Assembly: GCA_024277135.1 (NCBI GenBank) | Contig: JAJRVV010000103.1 | Coordinates: 1,207-65,206 of the forward strand | Reading direction: 5' to 3' | From: Chloroflexota bacterium | GTDB lineage: Bacteria; Chloroflexota; Anaerolineae; Promineifilales; Promineifilaceae | DNA length: 64,000 nt | Program-made: the position numbers and the translations under genes | Shown: in pieces, positions 35,582-44,001 of the stretch | Layout: every line of letters begins with the position of its first letter | How positions within the stretch are numbered: position 1 is the first letter of the stretch | The notes under the pieces: generated by a model | What the model was told of the DNA's origin: nothing | The model's input: the letters and a program-made list of their open reading frames with translations, nothing else | Databases searched by the model: none

Positions 35582-38500
35582 CTAAAACATCACAGTTCTA
35601 TCAATCAAGTTACGTAATTCCGGCAGTTGAATATCGTACTTTGTTTCGATTGACTCCACCTGCGCTTTAGCCCATGTTGCCGGCTCTTGGGTTCGGGGTA
35701 AATAATCTCCGAGCTGCGGCAGATAGTTGGTTAAGTACCCCATCGTGCGGTCATAATCGAAAGATGTGGGCCAGTATTGGCGGAAATAGATGCTGGACAG
35801 GAAAAGGTTTGCCATGGCTTCTTTTAACCGGCTCTCCGTTTCCCCTTCCGCTGCTTGTTTATATTCCACATCCCGGAAGCGCCAAACGCCGCGCCACAGA
35901 TGCAATTTGCCCATCGCCACCCATTGGGCTTCGCCTTCACCGGTCTCCGAATCAAAGCCGCCAACCGCAAGTTTGAATTTAGCGTCAATGGAACCATCCA
36001 CCTCAATCAGATACCGCTCTGCCTGCTGCCGGTCGCGGCGCGCCGTTTCGATATCATCCATTTCAATGTTAAGGGTACTGCGGTCGCCATACGCTTGCGC
36101 CAAATCATCCAGAGAATCCCAAGTTTGAGATTCTAAATCATGCTCATCAGCTAATTTTCTGGCCTGTTCCTGGTAACTGATAGATTGGTCGTAATAGGCT
36201 AAAGCCTGGGAACGATCATTCAGCCGCGAACGCATCAGCCAGGCCCAGTCACAGTAGAGGCTGCCCAATTCATTGTTTGCCTCCCACAACCTGATAGGTT
36301 CGTCAAATGCAGAGAAAATATCTACGGCTTCATTAAGCGTCTTTGCCGCTTGCTGGAAAATCGAGTTTGCTTCTTTTGCGCTGATGCCGCCGAATTTCCA
36401 TTGGTTGGCCTGTTTGCGTAAGGAGTAGCCAAGCCCAATAAGGGCCATACCGATACCTCGGTCATCCCCAATCGCCTTTACAGTTTCCAGCGCTTCATGG
36501 CACTCCTTAACTCCCCAGTTTGGATGATTATCAAGGGTGTATATGATACCCAGGGTATTCAACGCCAATGCCAACGGGTAATCTCGTTTTGACTCTCGAT
36601 TGAGTTCGATTGCTCGTGAGATGAGACGAAACGCTTCCGTCGGGCGCGCATTAAGTCCCAGCAAGTAGGCGGTGTTTGTTAATGCAAAGGTTAACTCGCT
36701 CTTAACATCAGCCCGGCTGAAATGGGCAACCGCTTGTTGGTAATGGGACAAAGCCAGACCATACCTGCCTGTTGTGCGATAGAAATAGCCCAAACGATTG
36801 TGGGCCGCGCCTGAAATGCGATGGTAATGCCATTGTTGAGCTTTATCCAGGCTGCTTTGGTTTCCTTTTGCTTTCAAAATATTGATGGCATATTCGAGAA
36901 AGTCGGGGACATCTTTGAAAGCTAACTGTAATTTCTGGTTCAATACGGCCGCAGCTGATTTGATGTGCGCCGCTTCCTGAACGGCCGCCTCCACCAACGC
37001 CACCAGCAAATCCGCCTTGTAAAAATCGTCGTCAATTTTATTCCAATCGAATAATGGATCTTCACTGGCAATTAAATCCAGGGCGACTTCGCGGGCCGTT
37101 TGTGAATCGCCCCGGGCCCAATGACGGCGCACCCAGCGCACGGCGCAATCCCGATCAACGCTGTCTCTATCTAATCGGTTGGCGATCAGTGCGTCATAAA
37201 ACTTAGATTGAGGATCCACATACCGGTTCAAAAAGCCCAACACTTCGTTACGCAGGCGCATGTCATAACTATGCTCATGCACTTGAATCGCATCATGATC
37301 CTGCCAGGCATAATGAAAGTGATACCCCTGGTATGGGTTGACGCGCAACTCATAAAAAAGGCTGTCAACGGCTAATTTTTCTGGTGACGGGCCAGATTTG
37401 TCTTGTAATTTTTGGCGGTAGTATTCGACAAATGGTTGGTACTCTATGGATTCAGACGCGGCCCCCCTAAAGTATTGATCATACATGTTATAAAGTTCAT
37501 CGTGGAAGAAGAAAGTTTTGTGGGAATTCTGGGAGTCGCCTGCCTGCCGCACCTTGACAATGGCTAATTTCTCCAACCAGTTTAATAGGGAATCAATATC
37601 TTTCTCTTCTTCTCCTAGGTATGTCAGCAGTTCAGCATCTAACCCTTTGCGCGCTCTGAATAAGTTTTGGATGATACGGCCGTGCGGGTCTGGCAATCTC
37701 CGTAAATCATCAATCAATTGTTCGGCCAACTTGTCTTCCGGGAATTCACGACCAGCCAAAATATCATTGACAAATTGTTTGCTGCCTTCCGATTGAGTCA
37801 AGAAAAGGTCAACGATCAACGCCAGGTAAACGGGACGGCCGGCAGCCACCCGGTGACAGTGCGCGTCCAAATTTTCATACTCGCCCAGAATTTCGTCCAG
37901 GCTGGCGTCACCCTGTTCTTTTAGTTTTTTGGATATCTCATTCAGATATTCGCTAGTTTCCTCCGGGGAAAACGCCTTCAATTCTTCTGCGTCGAATGTG
38001 TTGTCTTTTGCGTGGAACCGTTTAGTAAAGGTTGTTTCAATCCGTTCTCGATTCTGCGGCCGGCCGGCCATCAAAATGACTGTATTCGGCAAAGCCGGCA
38101 GCTGCTCCACCAGCCAGTTCATCACCAACGCATCTACTGTTTCTACCTGACAGATTTTTTGCACTGGATCACTTTCATGCTGCATCAATTCCATCGTGTC
38201 CAGGCGAATCACCAGCCGATGCTTTTGCGCCAGTGTCCGGTAGTCGTTTAGGAATGCTGTCTCCGTCTCGTCTTGCAGCCGCTGCAATTCTCCGCTGGAA
38301 GCGCCGGCCGTCTGCTTTTCTATCAACTCTTTCCGTTTGGCGTAATATTCCCGGAAATCATTCGACTCTTCCTCCTCCAATCCGGCGACAATGCCATGAC
38401 GGATGCCGTCGCTGCTTTGATAATCGGAGTGGTACATATCCAGAATGTCAGTACAGCGGAAAGAAAGCCCTCTCCATTTGCCTTCTTCAGTCGCCACATC

Positions 38501-38665
38501 TTCCAGCAAACGGGTTTTGCCAATGCCGCCAGGGCCATGAAAATAGAGCAGCCAGGTGCGGCCTTCATCTTTGAGGGCATTATAAATTGCTGCTAATGGT
38601 TTCTTGCGGCCAATGATTTTTTCAGTGCGTCGAGAGGGCGTTTGGTCGTGAGCAGAGGGGGACAT
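35582..38665 (-). CDS. STAND (NB-ARC-like) NTPase with long C-terminal TPR array, paralogue 2
   Basis: Walker A YFHGPGGIGKTRLLEDV; Walker B LVIRLDTME; TPR-like C-terminal half; AAGGAG RBS. Confidence 0.8.
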   Translation of the reverse strand: MSPSAHDQTPSRRTEKIIGRKKPLAAIYNALKDEGRTWLLYFHGPGGIGKTRLLEDVATEEGKWRGLSFRCTDILDMYHSDYQSSDGIRHGIVAGLEEEESNDFREYYAKRKELIEKQTAGASSGELQRLQDETETAFLNDYRTLAQKHRLVIRLDTMELMQHESDPVQKICQVETVDALVMNWLVEQLPALPNTVILMAGRPQNRERIETTFTKRFHAKDNTFDAEELKAFSPEETSEYLNEISKKLKEQGDASLDEILGEYENLDAHCHRVAAGRPVYLALIVDLFLTQSEGSKQFVNDILAGREFPEDKLAEQLIDDLRRLPDPHGRIIQNLFRARKGLDAELLTYLGEEEKDIDSLLNWLEKLAIVKVRQAGDSQNSHKTFFFHDELYNMYDQYFRGAASESIEYQPFVEYYRQKLQDKSGPSPEKLAVDSLFYELRVNPYQGYHFHYAWQDHDAIQVHEHSYDMRLRNEVLGFLNRYVDPQSKFYDALIANRLDRDSVDRDCAVRWVRRHWARGDSQTAREVALDLIASEDPLFDWNKIDDDFYKADLLVALVEAAVQEAAHIKSAAAVLNQKLQLAFKDVPDFLEYAINILKAKGNQSSLDKAQQWHYHRISGAAHNRLGYFYRTTGRYGLALSHYQQAVAHFSRADVKSELTFALTNTAYLLGLNARPTEAFRLISRAIELNRESKRDYPLALALNTLGIIYTLDNHPNWGVKECHEALETVKAIGDDRGIGMALIGLGYSLRKQANQWKFGGISAKEANSIFQQAAKTLNEAVDIFSAFDEPIRLWEANNELGSLYCDWAWLMRSRLNDRSQALAYYDQSISYQEQARKLADEHDLESQTWDSLDDLAQAYGDRSTLNIEMDDIETARRDRQQAERYLIEVDGSIDAKFKLAVGGFDSETGEGEAQWVAMGKLHLWRGVWRFRDVEYKQAAEGETESRLKEAMANLFLSSIYFRQYWPTSFDYDRTMGYLTNYLPQLGDYLPRTQEPATWAKAQVESIETKYDIQLPELRNLIDRTVMF

Positions 38666-38732
38666 GAGGCTCTCCTTATCATCTGTTTTTATGCGCGGGC
38701 AAGAGATATGCCGGCCGATCGAACGTGACTTG

Positions 38733-40187
38733 TTAATGGGGAACGGGTATTTCTCTGCCCTCGGCCAGGGCGCTGGCTAATTGATTTGCCAATATAGCAA
38801 AAAGTGGTTCCGGAAGCAACTCTCTCAATTCTTCATCTGATTCAAATTGATTGTACAGGGTGTTGGCTCTATCAAAGCTGAGGTTTTCTAAGGCAAAGGT
38901 GAGGCTCTGTTTCAGTTGGTCTTCTAATTTTTCCGCATCCCCCTCTAAACTGTAGATACTGGCTTGATGGAGCCACGTTTCCAGGATGAAATCTTCGCTG
39001 GCTTCAGGGTACTCGTTAATCCAGCTTTCATACATCTCTATCGCTTGCCGGTGCTGCTGGATGAAACGGCCGGGGTCGGCCAACATTTGTTGTTGGTTGA
39101 GCAGGGAGCGGACGATGCGGCTGGTGGTGTAGGCGCGGCGTTCCCGGTTCCACCAGACGTATTCGGTGTTTTGTTCCAGAGCGCGGATGAGTTTGAGGTA
39201 GTAGTTGTACGGCCGTTCCTCCTCCCCTTGCAATTGGAGCGTGTGCCGAACCCCTTCCAGCCGATAGTAACGCAAAACTGAAACCGCTTTTAACACCTTA
39301 ATCAACCGGTCAGGCACGTCCTCAAACAAATAATCAACCGCTGCTTGATAAACAGGAGGTAAAATCTCTGACTGATGCTGTTTCCAGATTGCGGCCGTGA
39401 GCGGAACTTCCCCAAGCCGCCGCTCGCTTTCTACCAGCAGCTCTTTGGCAATGAGCGGGCTGGTGGCTGACCATTTATAAATATCATCAACATCTATGGA
39501 GCGGCCGGATAGCCGGTTGATTTGCTCCTGAATATTCTCTTTCGTAAAACCATTGAGACGGCTTAATTCCAGAGGCGCTACCCGTCGTCTCGTCTCAAAG
39601 CGAACCCATTCGGGGATCGGCCGTCGCCCGGCGATGACGAAAACAATGCGGTTGGTCATTGCCAATGGTTCGATGAATGATTTTTCCAGATTTGCCCAAT
39701 CATCAAATGCCGATTCTGCTTGATCCAGGAGGATAACCGGCGCAAAACGATGGGAAAGAGTTTTTAAGAGTTCGACCAAAGCTGCGATCGTCTTGTTTTT
39801 ATCAGCCTGTTTATAGGCAGACTGTTCATGAGGCAAGAATTTTTTTTGTAATCGTTCTTCAATTTGCTCCAGACAAGCAGAAATGAACGCTTTATAATCA
39901 ATCTGTCCACTCTTCTCTTTGGGAAATCGGTGAAAAAGGGAAAACGTTGGGGCCGGAGCCAGTTTGTCTGGGAGGGAACCGTCATATTGATACAACTGCC
40001 TTAAGTGAGAGATGAACCACGATTTGCCAATGCCGCGCACCACCCAAATGTTAACAATTGGCGACTCCGCGATGCCCCCTGACTGGATTTGTTTTACCAT
40101 GCCCGATATCCAGCGCAGGCGTTTCTCTCGATTGACAAATAAACTTAGACGATACGGTTCTTCTGCCTCAAACATACTGGCCATCAT
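38733..40187 (-). CDS. short STAND-type P-loop NTPase
   Basis: FVNREKRL...IWVVRGIGKSWFISHL (P-loop), VILLDQAE (Walker B), VFVIAGRRP, helical C-terminus. Start set to the ATG at 40187, 14 nt after the upstream stop; the track start at 40235 would overlap that gene. Confidence 0.7.
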   Translation of the reverse strand: MMASMFEAEEPYRLSLFVNREKRLRWISGMVKQIQSGGIAESPIVNIWVVRGIGKSWFISHLRQLYQYDGSLPDKLAPAPTFSLFHRFPKEKSGQIDYKAFISACLEQIEERLQKKFLPHEQSAYKQADKNKTIAALVELLKTLSHRFAPVILLDQAESAFDDWANLEKSFIEPLAMTNRIVFVIAGRRPIPEWVRFETRRRVAPLELSRLNGFTKENIQEQINRLSGRSIDVDDIYKWSATSPLIAKELLVESERRLGEVPLTAAIWKQHQSEILPPVYQAAVDYLFEDVPDRLIKVLKAVSVLRYYRLEGVRHTLQLQGEEERPYNYYLKLIRALEQNTEYVWWNRERRAYTTSRIVRSLLNQQQMLADPGRFIQQHRQAIEMYESWINEYPEASEDFILETWLHQASIYSLEGDAEKLEDQLKQSLTFALENLSFDRANTLYNQFESDEELRELLPEPLFAILANQLASALAEGREIPVPH

Positions 40188-40201
40188 GATACCCTTTGTG
40201 A

Positions 40202-41329
40202 TTATTGATGAACACTTTGGTGGAATTTCTCCCAATCTTCTGGGGAGATACGGCCGTTACGAAACGCTGATTGACTGACCAATTGACTGGTTAATTGCAA
40301 GAGTGTGCGAGGTGGCCCCAAATATGGGTGGCTAAGAGCCATCTTGGTAAGCTCTTTTTCAACTTTCACACGCGCTGATAATTCTTGAGAACATAAATCT
40401 TCTACTCGCTGATAAAGCGATGGTTGATCAAACTGCTTGCTGGCCCATTTGAGCCGCGAGTTTAAAAATTGAACAAGGCTTTCATGATCCCATTCTATGG
40501 GCACAGGATGTAAACGGCCGGTTCTGCATCCACTTGATTCCAACACAGTCGGTTCTAACAATTTTGGAAGAAAAAACTTCCAGACAACGCCTGGAATGGA
40601 TAACAAAGACAATCCATTTAGCAGTGGATTCACTAATGCTGTCATACTGGTGAAATCTACAAACTCGTTTAAGCCATCCACGCCATCTATCAATATAAAT
40701 AGGCGGGAGATTCCTAATGGATGAATATGTTCTCTTATGTTATTGAGGGCGCGAGCAAGGGGAGTATTACTTTGAATTGGAGACCCAATGTAATCCGTTT
40801 CAAGATAGTTCAATTCACTTCTAAGATCATCATCGAGTTCAAATTGCAGATCATATCCTAAATAAGCCTTAATAAAAGCCCAACACCACCTGCGATCAGC
40901 CAGGGGCATATCTTTATCTTCCAAAAACCGTTCTTTGTTATGCGGTTGCTTGATATAGCAAAGCAGCGCTTTGGCAACACAAGCCATCAAAGGCTTAAAA
41001 TGATCGGATGTTTTAATATTCGGTAATTTCTGTATGATTAACTCAAAACTATCGTATGTGACAACTAACCAATCTGGACGCAACTTCAGCTTTTGAGCAA
41101 AGCGCAGCCGGTGGGCTGTTTTACCCCCACCCCGTTCAGCCAACAACACGGCCGATTTCTCTAAATTTTGAATTTGGTCAAACCCGGGATGTTCCACAAA
41201 AAGCCTTTCCCACAACCCTGCATCATCAGGCATTTTTTCAGCTTCTGCGTAACCAAATGGGTCATAAATAAACCCCAACCCTTGTAAATGTGGCGGCGGG
41301 TTGGGTAATTTAACGCTGCGTTTGGTCAC
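40202..41329 (-). CDS. P-loop NTPase, paralogue of the N-terminal 370 aa of 41547-43118
   Basis: LQGLGFIYDPFGYAEAE...LLAERGGGKTAHRLRF (Walker A), LFILIDGVDGLNE (Walker B). GTG start. Confidence 0.7.
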   Translation of the reverse strand: MTKRSVKLPNPPPHLQGLGFIYDPFGYAEAEKMPDDAGLWERLFVEHPGFDQIQNLEKSAVLLAERGGGKTAHRLRFAQKLKLRPDWLVVTYDSFELIIQKLPNIKTSDHFKPLMACVAKALLCYIKQPHNKERFLEDKDMPLADRRWCWAFIKAYLGYDLQFELDDDLRSELNYLETDYIGSPIQSNTPLARALNNIREHIHPLGISRLFILIDGVDGLNEFVDFTSMTALVNPLLNGLSLLSIPGVVWKFFLPKLLEPTVLESSGCRTGRLHPVPIEWDHESLVQFLNSRLKWASKQFDQPSLYQRVEDLCSQELSARVKVEKELTKMALSHPYLGPPRTLLQLTSQLVSQSAFRNGRISPEDWEKFHQSVHQ

Positions 41330-41467
41330 TGCTGAGAACCTTGTTTGTTACCTATGATCTGGAAAATCACACACGATTGGTTACGTCTCCAGTGTTGGCG
41401 TTTGCAATTGTAACGGACTATACATAAATGTAACCGCATCACCATACGCCATTGTAAACATTAGTGA

Positions 41468-41508
41468 TGGACAATTGCTGGACAAATCTCTCCCAATTGT
41501 TGGACAAT
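41468..41508 (-). promoter_or_regulatory. three direct repeats TGGACAA(T/A) phased 11 and 22 bp apart (candidate wHTH operator)
   Basis: Copies at 41468, 41479 and 41501 (plus strand; TTGTCCA on the gene strand), in the 217-nt gap upstream of 40202-41329. TGTCCATCAC also occurs at 43241-43250. Confidence 0.4.
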
Positions 41509-41546
41509 TTGCAGACAGATATTGCCCTATTTCTGACTCCTTACAA

Positions 41547-43118
41547 TCATGCAGCGTAGTTTTTTAGAATAAATCCCGAACCCCGATGGGTCTCAATGTA
41601 GTTTTGTAACTGGCCGCTATCGCCGACTTTTTTGCGGAGGCGGCCGATATTGCGATCTATCGTCTCCTCGCTGACGCCATCCTTGCTTCCCCACACTTTT
41701 TCAGCTAATTCGTCCCGCTCACAAAACCCATCATTTTCTATCAATGCCTTCACTATCTTCCATTGGATAGGCGTCAATTTGATTGGTTTGTCTCCCAACC
41801 AGATTAGATGCTTGTTTATTTGCACGCGGAGTATTGGGATACCTTCAGGTGCAATCGCTTCTGCTGCGTCCGGTTCTGGTTGAGCAGGTATGACGGCCGT
41901 CCTCCTCACATCCCCCAATTCTCCCTCTACCGCCTTCCAATCCGCCATCGTCAAAAAGCCGGATGTCCCGGCGCGCCGTACATGCGCTTCACACAACTGC
42001 TGCATCGTTAACAAAAGCTGACGCGGGGATACGGCCGTACAAACCCCCGCCTCAATCTCCTCCGCCACCCCCTTACTCCGACAAATCTGCCCCAAATCCG
42101 TTACATCCTGCCGGCTAAAAACCCCCATCCGTTCATTCAGCAGCCGTACCAGACGCCCTCTATCCCAACTCAACTGAGCCATCTTTATCCGAACCCTATC
42201 CAGCCGCAGCCAATCCCGCGCTTCCAACACATCCCGCACCATATCAGGCAAGAAAAACTTGAACGCCACCCCTCGTTTCTCCAACAAAGGCAAATGCCCC
42301 AAAATCGGGTGCAGCAATTCCGCCTGTAGCTGCGGATCATTCATCGTTTCCGGGATCTCATCCACCCGATCAACTAAAAAGAAAACCGACCGGAGACCTG
42401 CATCCCGGCACAAACCAACAAACAGTTCAAGTTGCCGCGCCGGTCTTAAAGGAACCGCATCCGGCAGACCAAAATCATTCAACTCCGCCAACAACCTGGC
42501 CTGGGTCTGCTCCGTCACCTGAAGAACAAGGGGGGCCAAAGATTTACTTCCTGCCCGCTGCCTAAACTCCGCCCAACTCACACCCATGGCAGCTAAAGAA
42601 ATATCCGGCGACATCCCACTCAAGCGGGTTAACAAAGCGTCAGGCGACCACAAAAGCGGCGCGCGCGCGTGTAAAAATTGCGCCAGGTTGATTTTTACCG
42701 GTTCCGGCATACTTACCCCTGGCTTTGCCAGGAGATATGAAAGCAGTGTGTTTGCGCCAATTTCAAGCAAAGCCTGAATTGCCGACTCGCTGTTAAGCGT
42801 TCCCTGCCGATGATGTGCCAACAAGCCGTCAAAATCAGTGAATTCCACAGACAAAACAGGTTGGGACATCTCTTTAGGCGCTGTTTTGTCCGCCAGCATC
42901 ATCCGCAAAGCCGTCTTACCCCCGCCGCGCGGCGCAAAAATGATAATACCCCCCTCTCCCCTTATTTCGTCAATCTCCGGCACATCCACAAAGAAGCGAG
43001 GCAGCAGTTCCCGCTCTTGCTCCGCCTCCACACTGGCAAAAGGATTGCCCATATGAAACCCCAGGCCCTCAAGCCATTCATCAACCTTCTTGTTCAAATC
43101 AGGGGATTGGTTCGTCAT
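41547..43118 (-). CDS. P-loop NTPase fused to a C-terminal OmpR/PhoB-type winged-helix DNA-binding domain
   Basis: LEGLGFHMGNPFASVEAE...IFAPRGGGKTALRMM (Walker A), VFFLVDRVDEIPE (Walker B). C-terminal LTPIQWKIVKALIENDGFCERDELAEKVWG...IDRNIGRLRKKV...IETHRGSGFIL. GGGAGA RBS. Confidence 0.75.
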   Translation of the reverse strand: MTNQSPDLNKKVDEWLEGLGFHMGNPFASVEAEQERELLPRFFVDVPEIDEIRGEGGIIIFAPRGGGKTALRMMLADKTAPKEMSQPVLSVEFTDFDGLLAHHRQGTLNSESAIQALLEIGANTLLSYLLAKPGVSMPEPVKINLAQFLHARAPLLWSPDALLTRLSGMSPDISLAAMGVSWAEFRQRAGSKSLAPLVLQVTEQTQARLLAELNDFGLPDAVPLRPARQLELFVGLCRDAGLRSVFFLVDRVDEIPETMNDPQLQAELLHPILGHLPLLEKRGVAFKFFLPDMVRDVLEARDWLRLDRVRIKMAQLSWDRGRLVRLLNERMGVFSRQDVTDLGQICRSKGVAEEIEAGVCTAVSPRQLLLTMQQLCEAHVRRAGTSGFLTMADWKAVEGELGDVRRTAVIPAQPEPDAAEAIAPEGIPILRVQINKHLIWLGDKPIKLTPIQWKIVKALIENDGFCERDELAEKVWGSKDGVSEETIDRNIGRLRKKVGDSGQLQNYIETHRGSGFILKNYAA

Positions 43119-43364
43119 GTTTCTCCCTACATGAGACCGCGCTTTTCATACATTGTAAAGGGCATCAGAGGCCCTGGCAAGAGTGCCATCACGCTATTCT
43201 GTCCATCTTGGCTGTCAGCTTTTTGTCCGCGTCCGATTTCTGTCCATCACTTGTTAACAAACCGAGGGGCGGTTGTCCAGCGCGTCAACGCTGTCTGATC
43301 TACTGTATAACCAGGCCGGCCAAACAATCGAACGTTAAAAAACAACTTTACGGAGGTACAAAAA

Positions 43365-43559
43365 ATGACAATTTTACCAACCATCTACACCGTACTGGCT
43401 ATTCTTTCCTTGGCAGCTTTCTTCATTGCCCGCAGTTTAATCGGAATCGCTATGGCAAACGGACATCACGACCATCACTCCTGCCAACTGGCATGGGTCT
43501 TCTGCTCGCCACTGTTAGCCGTCAGCCTGATTTTCTTCATCGCTTCAATACCGCCATAA
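43365..43559 (+). CDS. small two-TM membrane protein with His-rich loop
   Basis: 64 aa with GGAGG 8 nt upstream of the ATG. TM1-NGHHDHHSC-TM2. Divergent from the island. Confidence 0.5.
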   Translation: MTILPTIYTVLAILSLAAFFIARSLIGIAMANGHHDHHSCQLAWVFCSPLLAVSLIFFIASIPP

Positions 43560-43720
43560 CCGGCGACCTACACTTTACAAAGGAGGTGAACCGCCCACTT
43601 AACCAACTGTATCACTCACCCCAACTTAAAAAACAATGCACCAACCATACCGGATAAGAATCCATAGGAGGCGCGCCTATCATCGAATTTACCTAAACGT
43701 CAAAAATCAAAAACTGAATA

Positions 43721-43760
43721 AACCAGCCGCACAATTTTTGTGCGGCTGGTTCGTTTTTGG
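43721..43760 (+). terminator. intrinsic terminator
   Basis: AACCAGCCGCACA atttt TGTGCGGCTGGTT CGTTTTTGG. Confidence 0.7.
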
Positions 43761-43817
43761 TTGATTTGATCTGCCCGTCGTGCCATCGGCGCTAGATGAG
43801 ATGCGCCTAACGGCCGT

Positions 43818-43846
43818 TTGACACCCCCGCCGCCATATGTCATAAT
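43818..43846 (+). promoter_or_regulatory. sigma70-type promoter upstream of hom
   Basis: TTGACA (43818-23), 17-nt spacer, CATAAT (43841-46). Confidence 0.55.
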
Positions 43847-43888
43847 GCCCCCATCTTCTCATTCATCGGACAGCCATCTTAATGATGA

Positions 43889-44001
43889 GGAGGTGGCGCT
43901 TATGAGTTGTTACTCTTGTAAACGTACCGTAGCGCCGCCTCCCAATAAGAGTTGAGCGCTACGGTACAAAATGCAAAGGCCCTGTGCAAAACAGGGCCTT
44001 T
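43889..44001 (+). promoter_or_regulatory. structured hom leader with a 17-codon uORF and mutually exclusive hairpins
   Basis: uORF 43902-43955 (MSCYSCKRTVAPPPNKS) behind GAGGAGG. Pairings: GGAGGTGGCGC (43889-99) with GCGCCGCCTCC (43932-42); GTACCGTAGCGC (43924-35) with GCGCTACGGTAC (43956-67); AAAGGCCCTG (43975-84) with CAGGGCCTTT (43992-44001). Confidence 0.45.

Noticed and set aside
43208-43657. Track ORF 43208-43657(+), 149 aa.
   Set aside because: The composition is not protein-like. It overlaps the better-supported 64-aa membrane ORF (43365-43559), which has a canonical RBS.
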